This document shows positions 10,601-21,742 of a stretch of 64,000 nt of DNA, one piece after another. Position 1 is the stretch's first letter. Each line of letters starts with the position of its first letter. The translations under genes and the position numbers were made by a program. The DNA is from a bacterium (lineage in GTDB: Bacteria > Patescibacteriota > Minisyncoccia > Phycocordibacterales > Zambryskibacteraceae), in the NCBI GenBank assembly GCA_030649135.1, contig JAUSGI010000004.1, positions 34,089 to 98,088 of the forward strand, given 5' to 3'. The notes under the pieces are model-generated. The model worked only from the letters and a program-made list of their open reading frames with translations. It was not told where the DNA came from and did not search any database.

Positions 10601-10672
10601 ATTTTTTAATTGAATATTTATTTGTTATCCATCTGGCCTGCCTGCGCAGGTAGGGGTGATGTTTGAGTCAGT

Positions 10673-11470
10673 CTAAGTAGTTATAGGAAAGATTGCGGAG
10701 GGTCCTTCTGTAAAATCCTGAACTAAACTTCGACTACCAGCTATGAGGTCTGTGTTTCTATAATCATAGGAAGTGCTTCCTATATTAATTACCGTTCCCC
10801 CTGCTTCAGAAACCAATAGAGAACCTGGAGCAAAGTCATAATCTTTGCCGAATGGGTCAAAACATATCCTTCCTTCTATCTTGCCAGTGGCAACCAGAAC
10901 AAACTCGTAACCAGCGCTTATAGTTTGAAGCAAAAGAGATTTCGCCCGTATCTTATTTCGAATCTCCACATTTGCTGGCTTGGCTTGGTTGGTTTCGAGC
11001 GCCACAATCGACTGATTGGTTGGGCGATCACTGACACTAATCCTTTTTCCATCCTCAAATGCCCCTTTGCCTTTTTCTGCGTGATACATAATATCATTTC
11101 TGAAATCATAGATTGCAGAAAAGATAACCTGACCATCTTCAACCAAGGCAACCATAGTTGTACAAAACGGTATACCTCGTACAAAGTGCATAGTTCCATC
11201 TATCGGATCTACAAGCCATAATTTCTTACCATCCCGACTACCTCCAAATTCTTCGCCCACAAATTCTATTGTCGGATCAATTTTCTTGAATTCAGCTCTA
11301 AGATACTGCTCTACTTCATGATCCAGTTTCGTGACCACATTATGGGGAGACTCATCTTTTTGGCTTACGATTTCTACTTTGCCGTAAAAGGGTAAAGTGA
11401 TGCTTCTCGTGGAGCGAATAATTGATAAAGCTTCTTCGGTAACGGTTTTCATATCTTGAGAATACCACAA
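10673..11470 (-). CDS. inositol monophosphatase/CysQ-family phosphatase
   Basis: WLVDPIDGT metal-binding motif and distal DxxAG-like region. Confidence 0.7.
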   Translation of the reverse strand: MWYSQDMKTVTEEALSIIRSTRSITLPFYGKVEIVSQKDESPHNVVTKLDHEVEQYLRAEFKKIDPTIEFVGEEFGGSRDGKKLWLVDPIDGTMHFVRGIPFCTTMVALVEDGQVIFSAIYDFRNDIMYHAEKGKGAFEDGKRISVSDRPTNQSIVALETNQAKPANVEIRNKIRAKSLLLQTISAGYEFVLVATGKIEGRICFDPFGKDYDFAPGSLLVSEAGGTVINIGSTSYDYRNTDLIAGSRSLVQDFTEGPSAIFPITT

Positions 11471-11495
11471 GCTGGCTGTCTGGCACGATACAGAC

Positions 11496-11768
11496 CTATT
11501 TTAAGGAAATAATTTGGAGGCCTTTTTCGTCAATATCTTTGCGAGGATAGAATACAGTTAAGTCATCAATCTTCTTTCTGTCGACATAACTAACCTGTTT
11601 CTCCAACTCTCGACCGGTATAATTCTTAGCCACTGGGTCCCATTCTTTAAGAACCAAAGTGTCTCCTTCAGCAATGTCAAAATCATTTAAGCGTAATTCA
11701 AATGTCTTCTTGCCATCAAGAATGGCTTGGAAAGATTCCGGCCAAATTTTCTTTTCTACTTTTCTCAT
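11496..11768 (-). CDS. ASCH/DUF3850-like small protein
   Basis: resembles ASCH-fold small proteins (KTFELRLNDFDIAEGDTLVLKEW). Confidence 0.4.
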   Translation of the reverse strand: MRKVEKKIWPESFQAILDGKKTFELRLNDFDIAEGDTLVLKEWDPVAKNYTGRELEKQVSYVDRKKIDDLTVFYPRKDIDEKGLQIISLK

Positions 11769-11809
11769 AATCTAATTTTATACTACCTGCACAACGTGTT
11801 TCATGGATT

Positions 11810-12760
11810 CTACTTTTTTGTTCTGGCACGAGCCCCAGCAGAGCTTTTTGGCTGGACAACTGTTTTTTTGGGACCGGCGTCTTCCTTGGTAGAACCAAGT
11901 TTTTTGGGAGCAATTACATCTATGTAATGTGAGCTGGCATCATCATCTTTTTTATTAACAATATGTATAAGTTTTTTTAGTTCCGTTAAATATTCATCAG
12001 AATTTTTAGAATCTTCAATTTTAAGTCCCATATCTTTGCAGGCATCTCTGTCGTAACAGTGTCCATGAGAGAAAGTGTTTCTCGCAAGGTCTCTGGATAT
12101 GTCTCTTGCCACATTCTTGTCATAGCCAGCCAATTCTAATAGCTCATCAGCATAGAATTGTGCCTCCCACACTATTGTTTCCATCTCTCTGTAATGTACT
12201 ATGTCTATTTTTTCTACCATTTGTTTCCATGGTATAGGCATTTCGTCAGGTGTCATTTTCTTAAACTTGCGTTCGATGTCATTGACCTTTTCTATAATTC
12301 CATAGCTAGAAACCCATTCTCCTCTGTATCGTATCTGAGGGTCAATGGGGGTTAGGTATCCAAGATCGCCAAGAGTGATATTGTTACCCGCAAGTGACAT
12401 TAATGTGGCTCCGCTCGCTGCCTCATAAGGAACAAAAACATGCAAAAAATCAAATCTCTTCCTAAGAAATCTGGCTATATTATAGGCGGAAGAAAGACTA
12501 CCACCAGGGGAATGAAGAAGTAAAAATGCTTTTTTTACGTTCTGGCAGTTTTTATCCACTTCCTCCTCGAGTTTATATACATCATTGGTGGATATTGAGA
12601 CTGAACTGTAACTTGCAGGATTGATTCTTATTAATTTATCTGAGGCAATAAAAGTAATAACGGCAACTGCGTTTCTGTCTGCTATCTTTTGCAACGGCTC
12701 CAGTTCTTCTTCAGTAAACATAATCGAGTACATCCTTTCATAAAGGCAACTAATATTCAA
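11810..12760 (-). CDS. ClpP/crotonase-fold serine protease (S49/SDH-like) with Lys-rich C-terminal tail
   Basis: LHSPGG oxyanion/nucleophile region typical of ClpP-class peptidases; C-terminus KKTVVQPKSSAGARARTKK. Confidence 0.5.
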   Translation of the reverse strand: MNISCLYERMYSIMFTEEELEPLQKIADRNAVAVITFIASDKLIRINPASYSSVSISTNDVYKLEEEVDKNCQNVKKAFLLLHSPGGSLSSAYNIARFLRKRFDFLHVFVPYEAASGATLMSLAGNNITLGDLGYLTPIDPQIRYRGEWVSSYGIIEKVNDIERKFKKMTPDEMPIPWKQMVEKIDIVHYREMETIVWEAQFYADELLELAGYDKNVARDISRDLARNTFSHGHCYDRDACKDMGLKIEDSKNSDEYLTELKKLIHIVNKKDDDASSHYIDVIAPKKLGSTKEDAGPKKTVVQPKSSAGARARTKK

Positions 12761-12832
12761 CTCTCTCTAATTCTAAGTGCACCTAATTGACGCGTTATTG
12801 GCAGGGAGGCTCTAAAACAAGACTCTCAAAAC

Positions 12833-13075
12833 TTAAATCACCCCGGCTTTTTTGAGGACGGAGTGGGCGCCGCGTTTGTTAATGGTCTTGATGGCTCTGG
12901 TGGAGAGAATGAGAGTAATAGTCTTCTTCAGTTCCGGCACGTAAATGCGCTTTTTCTGGAGATTGGGGTACTTACGAACAGACCCGGTGGGGTTAAATTG
13001 GGTGGCACGGGTGCGGTTGGAATATCCGCCTCCCATCCTCGAACCCTTGCTGTTTATTGGACAAATTCTCGGCAT
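12833..13075 (-). CDS. rpmB: 50S ribosomal protein L28
   Basis: MPRICPI..GxxxGxxxSNR..T.R.F.PNLQ pattern. Confidence 0.75.
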   Translation of the reverse strand: MPRICPINSKGSRMGGGYSNRTRATQFNPTGSVRKYPNLQKKRIYVPELKKTITLILSTRAIKTINKRGAHSVLKKAGVI

Positions 13076-13107
13076 AATCGAGTTAATTTACATGATATAA
13101 TCGGCAA

Positions 13108-13716
13108 ATGCAAGTCGATTTTATCTTCCAAATCGCCATTCTCATCATGTCGGTGGTCATTCACGAAGTCTCTCACGGTTATGTCGCAAGCTATCTGGGG
13201 GACCAGACTGCCCGATATCAAGGTCGTCTGACCCTCAACCCCATCAAGCACCTCGATATGACTGGTTCAATATTGGTGCCAGCCCTTTCCTACTTTCTGG
13301 GTGGTTTCATTTTCGGTTGGGCCAAGCCCGTGCCATATAATCCCTACAACCTAAGGCCGGGACGCTGGTCGGAGGCGGCCGTGGCGGCCGCCGGTCCGGT
13401 CTCCAATCTTCTCCTGGCACTTATTTTCGGCCTGCTTCTACGCGTTGGTATTTCCGACGACCCTGCTTTTGTCAAAATCACGGCGATGATTGTCTTTATC
13501 AATATTCTGCTCGCCATCTTTAATCTGGTGCCCATCCCACCTCTTGATGGCTCTAAACTGCTTTTTGCCGTTTTTCCTAATAAACTCTTCCAAATCAGAG
13601 GATTCTTTGAGAGATACGGTCTCGTCCTTATCCTTTTCTTCATCTTCTTCCTCTGGCAGTTTATTTCCCCGGTCATTGTCCTACTCTTTCGCCTGATTAC
13701 CGGTATTGCAATTTAG
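13108..13716 (+). CDS. site-2 protease-family zinc metalloprotease (M50)
   Basis: HEVSHG (HExxH) in TM helix, multiple TM segments, PxxDG-like motif (IPPLDGSKL). Confidence 0.7.
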   Translation: MQVDFIFQIAILIMSVVIHEVSHGYVASYLGDQTARYQGRLTLNPIKHLDMTGSILVPALSYFLGGFIFGWAKPVPYNPYNLRPGRWSEAAVAAAGPVSNLLLALIFGLLLRVGISDDPAFVKITAMIVFINILLAIFNLVPIPPLDGSKLLFAVFPNKLFQIRGFFERYGLVLILFFIFFLWQFISPVIVLLFRLITGIAI

Positions 13717-13763
13717 GCTACTGTTTAGTAGAGTTACGGTCTCCCGCTGGGAGCATTTTTGTA

Positions 13764-14177
13764 ATGAGCACCATCAATCAACTCATCAAGCGCAAAAGGA
13801 AAAAGATTGCCCGCAAAACCAAGGCAATTGCTTTGACGCGTGGCTTTAATACCATCAAGAACCGCCCTGTTTTCTACAAATCTCCCTTCAAGCGGGGAGT
13901 GGCTACTAAAGTAACAACCAAGACTCCCAAGAAACCAAACTCCGCCATCAGAAAGATTGCCAGAGTCCGTCTGACCAATGGTATGGAGGTCACCGCCTAT
14001 ATCCCCGGCATCGGGCACAATTTACAGGAGCACTCGGTGGTTGTGATTCGCGGCGGGCGCGTTAAGGATGTGGGTCTGCGTTACACTATTGTGCGCGGGG
14101 TGCTTGACGCCACTGGAGTTGAGAACAGGAAGCAGACCCGAAGTCAGTACGGAGTCAAAAAACCTAAAAATAAATGA
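13764..14177 (+). CDS. rpsL: 30S ribosomal protein S12
   Basis: [40 protein letters not shown]. Confidence 0.95.
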   Translation: MSTINQLIKRKRKKIARKTKAIALTRGFNTIKNRPVFYKSPFKRGVATKVTTKTPKKPNSAIRKIARVRLTNGMEVTAYIPGIGHNLQEHSVVVIRGGRVKDVGLRYTIVRGVLDATGVENRKQTRSQYGVKKPKNK

Positions 14178-14644
14178 GACGCAAACTTAAAGCCAAGCCC
14201 AAGATAAATCCCGATTTCGTTTATGATTCGGAGAAAGTCACGAAGTTTATTAACTACTGCATGGAACGCGGCAAGAAGACTACCGCCCGCAAAATTGTCT
14301 ACCAATCTTTTGATGTAATAAAAGAGAAGACCAAGAACCCGAACCCCTTGGAAGTCTTTGAGTCAGCGCTCAAAAATACCGGTCCGACCATGGAAGTACG
14401 CTCAAGACGTGTCGGCGGAGCCAACTATCAGATTCCCCGCGAAGTACGTCCGGAACGCCGCCAATTTCTCTCGATGATGTGGATTATCGATGCCGCTCGC
14501 CACAAGAAAGGTAAACCCATGCATGAAAAATTAGCCGAAGAAATTATTGCCGCTTCCAATAATGAAGGTGACGCAGTCCGCAAGCGCGAGAATACTCACA
14601 AAATGGCGGAAGCCAACAAGGCCTTCGCCCACTTCGCGTGGTGA
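14174..14644 (+). CDS. rpsG: 30S ribosomal protein S7
   Basis: position after rpsL; S7 motifs ([23 protein letters not shown]). Confidence 0.95.
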   Translation: MRRKLKAKPKINPDFVYDSEKVTKFINYCMERGKKTTARKIVYQSFDVIKEKTKNPNPLEVFESALKNTGPTMEVRSRRVGGANYQIPREVRPERRQFLSMMWIIDAARHKKGKPMHEKLAEEIIAASNNEGDAVRKRENTHKMAEANKAFAHFAW

Positions 14645-14670
14645 GGGTCTGAAAGACCCCACCCCGCCAT

Positions 14671-14688
14671 GGCGGGGTCTAAGATTTT
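14671..14688. repeat. GC-rich palindromic hairpin ACCCCGCC-ATG-GCGGGGT (member of a small repeat family)
   Basis: similar palindromes at 23885..23902 and in inverted, expanded form at ~35519..35558. Confidence 0.4.
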
Positions 14689-14719
14689 ATAATTCATTTC
14701 ATTCATAATAAAATCTAAG

Positions 14720-16888
14720 ATGGAACGAGACTATCCTTTAGAACGCGTCAGAAATTTTGGAATAATTGCGCATATTGACGCTGGTAAGACCACCACTTCC
14801 GAACGAGTACTTTTTTATACCGGTTCACAGCACGATATTGGCGAAGTGCATGAGGGAGATACCACTACCGACTGGATGGAACAAGAACGCGAACGCGGTA
14901 TCACTATCACTGCCGCTGCCATTACCTGTTTCTGGGCGCCGACTTATCTAACCGAAGCTGAAAGACTGAAAAAAGAAAATAAGTTTCGTTTCAATATTAT
15001 CGATACCCCCGGCCACATCGACTTTACCGTGGAAGTGAAGCGCTCGCTTAGGGTGCTTGACGGCGCGGTGGTCGTTTTCGACGGGGTGGCCGGTGTGGAA
15101 CCGCAGTCCGAGACCAACTGGCGTTATGCCGAAGAAGCTCTGGTACCTCGTATTTGCTTCGTCAATAAACTGGACCGCACCGGCGCATCCTTCGAGCGCT
15201 CATACAAATCAATTCTTGACCGGCTTTCCAAAAAAGCGGTGCGCATGCAGATTCCGATAGGGGAAGAAGCCAAACACGAGGGTGTAATAGATTTGCTCAA
15301 AATGAAAGCTTATTATTTCGAAGGTAATATGGGCAACTTGGTGATTGAGAAAGAAATTCCGGAAAATCTGCGTGCCGATGCGGAAAAGTATCGTGCCGAA
15401 TTGGTGGAAAAGGTGGCGGAGAGTGATGAAGTGCTTATGAACATGTATCTCGAAGGCAAAGAGAAAGAGATTAGTCTTGATGCTCTTAAAGCGACCCTTC
15501 GTAAAGCGGTTATCGCCAATAAAATTTTCCCGGTCTTTGCCGGCTCGGCTCTCAAGAATAAAGGCGTCCAGCTTGTACTTGATTCGGTGGTAGATTTCCT
15601 GCCTTCTCCTCTCGACATTCCTAGCATTCGCGGTATTGACCCTCGCACCGGAGAGGAAGTAGAGCGCCATGCATCGGATAGTGAACCATTCTCGGCCTTG
15701 GCATTCAAACTCCAGTCCGACCCGTTCGTTGGTCAACTGACTTTCTTCCGCGTCTATTCCGGCACGATTGAATCCGGCACTTATTTGCATAATTCAACCA
15801 CTGGCGAGAACGAGCGACTCGGCCGCATCGTACGTCTGCAGGCTAATCAGCGGGAGGAGGTTAAAAAAGTTTTTGCCGGAGAAATTGCCGCCGCTGTTGG
15901 TCTAAAGAATGCCAAGACTTCGCATACTTTCTCAGACGAAGCTCACCCCATTATTCTCGGAGAGATTTCATTCCCGGAACCGGTCATCTCTCTGCGCATC
16001 GAACCGAAGACTAAGGCTGACCAAGAGAAAATGGGTATGGCTCTCAAGCGATTATCCGATGAGGACCCGACTTTCAAAATTAAATCGGACCAGGAGACCG
16101 GCGAGACGGTCATCATGGGTATGGGCGAACTTCATCTCGAAATTATTGTGGACCGTATGAAGCGGGAATTTTCCGTTGAAGCTAATGTTGGCAAACCACA
16201 AGTGGCGTACAAAGAGACCATTACAGGCGAAGCGGAGGTGGAAAATAAATATATCAAGCAAACCGGAGGTAAGGGTCAGTACGGACACGTCAAAATTAAG
16301 ATTAAGCCTCTGCCTAAATATGACCCTGAAGAAAAAGTGCCGAAGAATGCTTCTCGCGAGCCCGGATTCGAATTTATTAATGCTATTAAAGGAGGTGTCA
16401 TCCCGCAGGAATTTATTCCAGCTGTGGAGAAAGGTATTAGAGAAGCTATGGACAGAGGTATCGTGGCTGGCTATAAGATGACGGATATTTCGGCCGAACT
16501 TAATTACGGTTCTTACCACGACGTTGACTCTTCAGAAATTGCCTACAAAATTGCGGCCTCGCAGGCTTTCCAAGAAGCGGCAAGGAAAGCCAAACCGGTG
16601 CTCCTCGAACCTATTATGAAAGTAGAAGTAGTAATGCCGGAGAAGTTTATGGGCGATATCACCGGTAATCTCTCTGGCAAGCGGGCCCAAATCGAAGCTA
16701 TGGAAGATAGGGGAGAACTCAAAGTAGTCCGGGCCAAAGTGCCTCTCTCCGAAATGTTCGGTTATGTCACCTCGCTTCGCTCTATGACCGAAGGCCGCGG
16801 TTCCTCGACTATGGAATTCGACCACTATGCCATCGTGCCGACAAACGTTGCTCTAACTATCATCGAAGCGAGAACAGGCGGGAAATAG
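14720..16888 (+). CDS. fusA: elongation factor G
   Basis: GTPase G1-G4 (AHIDAGKTT, DTPGHIDF, NKLD) and EF-G domain IV/V. Confidence 0.95.
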   Translation: MERDYPLERVRNFGIIAHIDAGKTTTSERVLFYTGSQHDIGEVHEGDTTTDWMEQERERGITITAAAITCFWAPTYLTEAERLKKENKFRFNIIDTPGHIDFTVEVKRSLRVLDGAVVVFDGVAGVEPQSETNWRYAEEALVPRICFVNKLDRTGASFERSYKSILDRLSKKAVRMQIPIGEEAKHEGVIDLLKMKAYYFEGNMGNLVIEKEIPENLRADAEKYRAELVEKVAESDEVLMNMYLEGKEKEISLDALKATLRKAVIANKIFPVFAGSALKNKGVQLVLDSVVDFLPSPLDIPSIRGIDPRTGEEVERHASDSEPFSALAFKLQSDPFVGQLTFFRVYSGTIESGTYLHNSTTGENERLGRIVRLQANQREEVKKVFAGEIAAAVGLKNAKTSHTFSDEAHPIILGEISFPEPVISLRIEPKTKADQEKMGMALKRLSDEDPTFKIKSDQETGETVIMGMGELHLEIIVDRMKREFSVEANVGKPQVAYKETITGEAEVENKYIKQTGGKGQYGHVKIKIKPLPKYDPEEKVPKNASREPGFEFINAIKGGVIPQEFIPAVEKGIREAMDRGIVAGYKMTDISAELNYGSYHDVDSSEIAYKIAASQAFQEAARKAKPVLLEPIMKVEVVMPEKFMGDITGNLSGKRAQIEAMEDRGELKVVRAKVPLSEMFGYVTSLRSMTEGRGSSTMEFDHYAIVPTNVALTIIEARTGGK

Positions 16889-16982
16889 CTTTTAATACGG
16901 AAAATTTGACATTGTGATTAGTTTGTGACAGAGTGAAAGTAGACGTACGGCCCTGCGGGCCAAATTCAAGGAGGACACTATC

Positions 16983-17249
16983 ATGTTGCGTTGGGGTGCT
17001 ATGCTCTTCATCGGCGTGCTGATCTTTCTGTGCGGGGTGTTTGTGTCAGACAGGTGGGTGGTCGTCGGTAAGGCAGAGGCCATATCATCCGGCCGTCCAC
17101 ACTGTCAGGCGTACATGGACCACGCCGTTCGGGCGGTCCAGGAAAGTGAGCATCAGTATGGAGCGCCGAACTACGCGAAAGCAGTAGCATCGACGGCCTG
17201 GAGTGCCATCTACCGTAACTGCATGGGGGGGGCCCTACTAGTCCGGTAA
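16983..17249 (+). CDS. G+C-rich ORFan (88 aa) with N-terminal hydrophobic segment
   Basis: compositionally anomalous vs flanks; RBS AAGGAGG upstream; hairpin+T-run downstream (~17290..17330). Confidence 0.35.
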   Translation: MLRWGAMLFIGVLIFLCGVFVSDRWVVVGKAEAISSGRPHCQAYMDHAVRAVQESEHQYGAPNYAKAVASTAWSAIYRNCMGGALLVR

Positions 17250-17433
17250 GGGACTTCCAATGCGCTAATCTTTTTTCATGTTCGCCGCCGGTCTGCTTAC
17301 CCAGACCGGCTTTATTATTTCTTACTTTGAAGATTGCACATTCAGAATTTTCGGTTGACGAATTTTATATTAAGTCTTATAATATAGGAAGGAACGAACA
17401 CGAGTTAACCCTCTATCCATAAAGGGGGAAGAG

Positions 17434-17715
17434 ATGAAAAAGGTTATCGTCCTCTTACTGCTTCTCGGCACCGATTACTGGATTGACCAAGACAACCGAA
17501 TCATCTTCGGCAGGACGCCGAAGATCGTGAACGAGATTTGCTTCATGAGGGGAGGGGCGTTTTTCGGAAAAAACGGCAGAAGGCTCGTCTGGGCCGACGG
17601 CTGTCATGACCCGTGGGACGATGTAATGATTCTCCCGCTCGAGGCCCGGAGCCCCGAGCACTACATTCACAGGCACGAACTCAAGCACCGTCTCGACGGT
17701 GCTTGGCATGACTGA
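17434..17715 (+). CDS. G+C-rich ORFan (93 aa), signal-peptide-like N-terminus
   Basis: anomalous composition; followed by CCCCGGCACGCACGCGTGCCGGGG-TTTT terminator. Confidence 0.35.
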   Translation: MKKVIVLLLLLGTDYWIDQDNRIIFGRTPKIVNEICFMRGGAFFGKNGRRLVWADGCHDPWDDVMILPLEARSPEHYIHRHELKHRLDGAWHD

Positions 17716-17732
17716 CAATGAGGGAGCTGGAC

Positions 17733-17760
17733 CCCCGGCACGCACGCGTGCCGGGGTTTT
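17733..17760 (+). terminator. rho-independent terminator
   Basis: perfect GC hairpin CCCCGGCACG/CGTGCCGGGG followed by TTTT. Confidence 0.55.
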
Positions 17761-17903
17761 CGCTGGATTGACTATTTCTGCCCTTTTGTATACCATAGCC
17801 CTTACGCGTTAACGTTTGTTGGTACTTTGATATTTTCTTCATAGACCATATAGCGGTTTAGTGCGTTAAAACATTAATATCTATTCAATAATAATTTACT
17901 AAT

Positions 17904-19097
17904 ATGGCAGCAGAATTTGATCGCTCCAAACCGCACATCAACGTAGGCACCATCGGCCACGTTGACCACGGCAAGACCACTCTTACCGCGGCTATTCTTA
18001 ATGTGCTTCACCGCGCAGGCAAGAATGCCACGATTAAGAGCGTTGACCAAATCGATAACTCTCCGGAAGAAAAAGCTCGGGGCATTACCATCGCCCTTTC
18101 CCACTCGGAATACGAGACCGACTTGCGCCACTACGCACACGTTGATGCTCCCGGCCACGCGGACTACATAAAGAACATGATTACCGGTGCCGCCCAAATG
18201 GACGGAGCTATTCTCGTGGTTGCCGCTACCGATGGTGTGATGCCTCAGACTCGCGAACACATTCTGCTTGCCAAACAGGTTGGAGTGCCGAAGATTGTAG
18301 TTTTCCTCAACAAGTGCGACATGGTTCCCGACAAGGAACTCATTGCTCTAGTCGAAGAAGAAGTTCGCGACCTCTTGAAGAAATATGACTATGACGGTGC
18401 CAATGCGCCGATTATCCAAGGTTCGGCCCTTAAAGCTCTGGAAGCCACCGGTATTGACGACGAATGGTCAAAGAAAATCTTGGAACTTACAGATGCTCTC
18501 GACACCTATTTCCCAATTCCGGTGCGCGAAACCGACAAGCCATTCCTCATGCCTATTGAAGACATCTTCTCCATTGAAGGCCGCGGCACGGTTGTGACCG
18601 GTCGTATCGAGCGAGGCAAGGTGAAAGTGGGTGAAGAAGTCGAAATTGTGGGTATCAAGGATACTGCCAAAACTACGGTGACGGGTATCGAGATGTTTAA
18701 CAAGTCTCTCCAAGAGGGTCTGGCTGGAGATAATGCCGGCGTTCTCTTGCGAGGTGTGAAGAAGGAAGATTTGCACCGAGGACAAGTCTTGTCCAAACCT
18801 GGTTCCGTTACCCCTCATACCAACTTTACTGCCGAGGTCTACATTCTGAAAAAGGAAGAAGGTGGTCGACACACGCCATTCTTTACCGGCTACAAACCGC
18901 AGTTCTACATTCGTACTACTGACGTAACCGGAGAAGTTACTTTGGCTGAAGGTGTAGAGATGGTTATGCCCGGAGATACCGCCACCTTTACGGTTAAGCT
19001 GGTTGCGCCTGTCGCTCTCGAAAATGAACAGCGCTTTGCCATCCGCGAAGGTGGTAAGACTGTCGGAGCCGGCGTGGTTACCAAAGTCATCGCGTAA
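17904..19097 (+). CDS. tuf: elongation factor Tu
   Basis: [22 protein letters not shown]; full-length EF-Tu. Confidence 0.97.
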   Translation: MAAEFDRSKPHINVGTIGHVDHGKTTLTAAILNVLHRAGKNATIKSVDQIDNSPEEKARGITIALSHSEYETDLRHYAHVDAPGHADYIKNMITGAAQMDGAILVVAATDGVMPQTREHILLAKQVGVPKIVVFLNKCDMVPDKELIALVEEEVRDLLKKYDYDGANAPIIQGSALKALEATGIDDEWSKKILELTDALDTYFPIPVRETDKPFLMPIEDIFSIEGRGTVVTGRIERGKVKVGEEVEIVGIKDTAKTTVTGIEMFNKSLQEGLAGDNAGVLLRGVKKEDLHRGQVLSKPGSVTPHTNFTAEVYILKKEEGGRHTPFFTGYKPQFYIRTTDVTGEVTLAEGVEMVMPGDTATFTVKLVAPVALENEQRFAIREGGKTVGAGVVTKVIA

Positions 19098-19102
19098 ATT
19101 AC

Positions 19103-19495
19103 GTGCCCAAAAAAGTACCTCTAAAACCAAAAAGGGTTCTTAAACCTAAAGTTCCTAAGGCTCCCAAAGTTCCCAAAGCGGAAGAAGTAACCTCGCGTCT
19201 GCGTATCCGAGTGATGGCTTATGAGTCCAAGCTTTTGGACCTCTCGGTCAAACAAATCATAGACACAGCACTCCGTTATGACGCCAAGGTGCAAGGTCCG
19301 ATTCCTCTGCCAACGGGAATCAAGAAATACACGGTTAATCGTGCCGCATTTATCTACAAAAATGCGCGTGAGCAGTTCGAGATGCGGATTCACAAGCGGT
19401 TAATCGATATTCTGAATCCCACTCCCAAGATTATCGAGTCGCTCACCAACTTGAGTTTGCCGAGTGGGGTCAACATTGATGTCAAGCTCATATGA
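19103..19495 (+). CDS. rpsJ: 30S ribosomal protein S10 with Lys/Pro-rich N-terminal extension
   Basis: conserved S10 core starts at ~RLRIRVMAYESKLLD; ~28 aa KPK-rich extension precedes it. Confidence 0.85.
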   Translation: MPKKVPLKPKRVLKPKVPKAPKVPKAEEVTSRLRIRVMAYESKLLDLSVKQIIDTALRYDAKVQGPIPLPTGIKKYTVNRAAFIYKNAREQFEMRIHKRLIDILNPTPKIIESLTNLSLPSGVNIDVKLI

Positions 19496-19965
19496 AAAAG
19501 CTTATTGCCAAGAAGGTAAATATGACCCAAATTTTCGGCGAAACCGGGGAGGTTTACCCTGTGACTGTGGTCATGCCAGTAGAAAAAGGTCAGACCTTAA
19601 GTACTGATTCCCAAGGTCTGACCTTGGATACTGGCGACGATTTCCAGGAGGGTGAAATGGTCAATGTCTCCGGTACATCGAAAGGCAAGGGTTTCCAGGG
19701 AGTAGTTAAGAGGCACAAGTTTGAAGGCGGCCGCCGCTCGCACGGACAGAAACATTCCGAGCGTGAAGCGGGTTCCATCGGCGGCGGCGGCCGCGCGGGA
19801 GGCCGGGTCATCAAGGGTATGCGCATGGCTGGTCGGATGGGCAACGAGCGAGTGACGGTCAAGAACCTGAAAATTATCAAGATTCTTCCCGAAACACGAG
19901 AAATCTTCATTCAGGGAGCCATTCCCGGCCGACGAGGCAGTACGGTTGAGATTAAAGCCAGATAA
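19492..19965 (+). CDS. rplC: 50S ribosomal protein L3 (short)
   Basis: MTQIFGE.G..YPVTVV and GKGFQGVVKRH motifs. Confidence 0.9.
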   Translation: MKKLIAKKVNMTQIFGETGEVYPVTVVMPVEKGQTLSTDSQGLTLDTGDDFQEGEMVNVSGTSKGKGFQGVVKRHKFEGGRRSHGQKHSEREAGSIGGGGRAGGRVIKGMRMAGRMGNERVTVKNLKIIKILPETREIFIQGAIPGRRGSTVEIKAR

Positions 19966-20617
19966 AATTATGGACGCAACAGTCTATAGCATCGATGGCA
20001 AGAAGTCCGGTACGGTATCCCTGCCGGAGAACGTCTTCGGTATTCATTGGAACGCTGACTTGGTCAAACAAGTGGCAGATTCACTGCTTTCAGCAAAGCG
20101 TAAAAATGTTGCCCACACCAAGGACCGAAGCGAGGTGCGGGGTGGAGGCAAGAAGCCGTGGAAACAGAAAGGTACCGGTCGCGCGCGGCACGGTTCCATC
20201 CGTTCTCCCATCTGGGTGGGTGGCGGTGTGACCGGTGGCCCGAGAAATGAAAAAAATTTCGAGCGTAAGGTTTCAAAGAAAATGAGGACCAAGGCACTCT
20301 ACACCATTCTCTCCCGCAAATGGCATGATGGCGAAATACTTTTTGTTGATTCGGTGGCGCTTGCCGAGCCCAAGACGAGAGTGGCCGTGAAGGCCCTCCA
20401 GTCTCTCTCTGGCATCAAGGGGTTTGAAAGTATTTTTTCGAAGAGAAACAACGCAACAGTTATCGCTCTGTCGGGTAAAAATAAGGAAACCGAACGCGCC
20501 TTCGATAATCTCGGTAATATTGAAGTGGTCGAAGCAAGAAACTTAAACCCTCTCTTGCTGCTTGAGCACAAATATTTAATAATCGAGAATCCCAAATTGA
20601 TTTATGGCAAATCTTAA
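19946..20617 (+). CDS. rplD: 50S ribosomal protein L4
   Basis: order and KxGTGRARHGSIRSPxWxGGG motif. Confidence 0.9.
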   Translation: MRLKPDKIMDATVYSIDGKKSGTVSLPENVFGIHWNADLVKQVADSLLSAKRKNVAHTKDRSEVRGGGKKPWKQKGTGRARHGSIRSPIWVGGGVTGGPRNEKNFERKVSKKMRTKALYTILSRKWHDGEILFVDSVALAEPKTRVAVKALQSLSGIKGFESIFSKRNNATVIALSGKNKETERAFDNLGNIEVVEARNLNPLLLLEHKYLIIENPKLIYGKS

Positions 20618-20897
20618 TTTAAAGCCGAATAATGTTCTCTTGCGCCCTCGTATTACCGAGAAGGCCGCTTTGGGAGCCGACAAGTCCAATGTCTATGTTT
20701 TTGAGGTGACAACGGACGCCACCAAAAAGTCCATCAGCGCTTCCGTTCGCGATGCTTACGGAGTGACGCCCAAACAGGTGCATGTTGCCGCCATTCCTTC
20801 CAAACGAGTTTTTGTCCGGGGCAAAAGAGGGGTAAAGGGTGGAGGCAAGAAAGCGTATGTCTATCTGAAGAAGGGGGATAAAATCGAACTAATATAA
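20604..20897 (+). CDS. rplW: 50S ribosomal protein L23
   Basis: order; L23 N-terminal pattern (LRPRITEKA, FEV...A.K..I). Confidence 0.85.
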   Translation: MANLNLKPNNVLLRPRITEKAALGADKSNVYVFEVTTDATKKSISASVRDAYGVTPKQVHVAAIPSKRVFVRGKRGVKGGGKKAYVYLKKGDKIELI

Positions 20898-21736
20898 TGA
20901 AAAAGTACCGACCAACAACAGATTCCCGTCGCCATATGTCTGGCATAGACTTCCGCAAGATTCTTACTTCAGATAAACCTGAAAAGTCTCTGACTAGTGG
21001 CTTCAGGCGTGGTACCGGTCGGAATAATCGTGGTCGTATTACCACTCGGCATAAAGGCGGGGGTCATAAACGTCTTTTTCGGGAGGTTGATTTTTCCTAC
21101 GATAAGTATGACGTACCCTTTACCATAAAGACCATCGAATATGATCCCAATCGTTCCGGTTTTATCGGGCTCGCGGTCTACCGAGACGGGGAGAAGAGAT
21201 ATGTGCTTTTGCACAATAGCGCGCGAGTCGGGCAAACTTTTGTGGTTTCCGAGAATGCTCCACAAGTGCCTGGTAATCGTTTGCCTCTCGGCAATATCTC
21301 TGTCGGCACTTTTGTTTATAACGTTGAACTTAAACACAAGGGTGGCGCGAAAATTGCCCGCTCTGGAGGTGATTATGTAGAAATATTGGCTAAGGAGGGG
21401 GGCTTTGTTGATTTGAAAATGCCTTCAAGCGAGGTGCGTAAAGTGCCTATTAACGCCTGGGCCTCTATCGGGGAAGTTTCTAATAATGAAAATCGTTTGG
21501 TAACCATCGGCAAGGCCGGTCGTTCACGTTGGCTTGGTATCCGCCCACACGTCCGCGGTACCGCTATGAATCCGGTAGACCATCCGCACGGAGGTGGAGA
21601 AGGCCGTTCCGGCCGAGGTCGCAGGCGTGCTATTTCTTACTACGGTAAACCGACTGGCAAGGGTCAGAAATCTCGCCGAACCAAAAAATATTCAAACAAG
21701 TTTATGGTCAGTCGCCGAAAAGTAGGGAAGAGGTAG
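20897..21736 (+). CDS. rplB: 50S ribosomal protein L2
   Basis: GRNN.GRIT.RH.GGGHKR and RG.AMNPVDHPHGGGEG motifs. Confidence 0.95.
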   Translation: MKKYRPTTDSRRHMSGIDFRKILTSDKPEKSLTSGFRRGTGRNNRGRITTRHKGGGHKRLFREVDFSYDKYDVPFTIKTIEYDPNRSGFIGLAVYRDGEKRYVLLHNSARVGQTFVVSENAPQVPGNRLPLGNISVGTFVYNVELKHKGGAKIARSGGDYVEILAKEGGFVDLKMPSSEVRKVPINAWASIGEVSNNENRLVTIGKAGRSRWLGIRPHVRGTAMNPVDHPHGGGEGRSGRGRRRAISYYGKPTGKGQKSRRTKKYSNKFMVSRRKVGKR

Positions 21737-21742
21737 GTAATG

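Noticed and set aside
14766-16825. Numerous 60-190-aa ORFs antisense to or out of frame with fusA, and likewise within tuf, purB, recG, ftsH, secY, recJ
   Set aside because: All lie inside long, strongly conserved genes whose own reading frames carry unmistakable family motifs; typical shadow ORFs.
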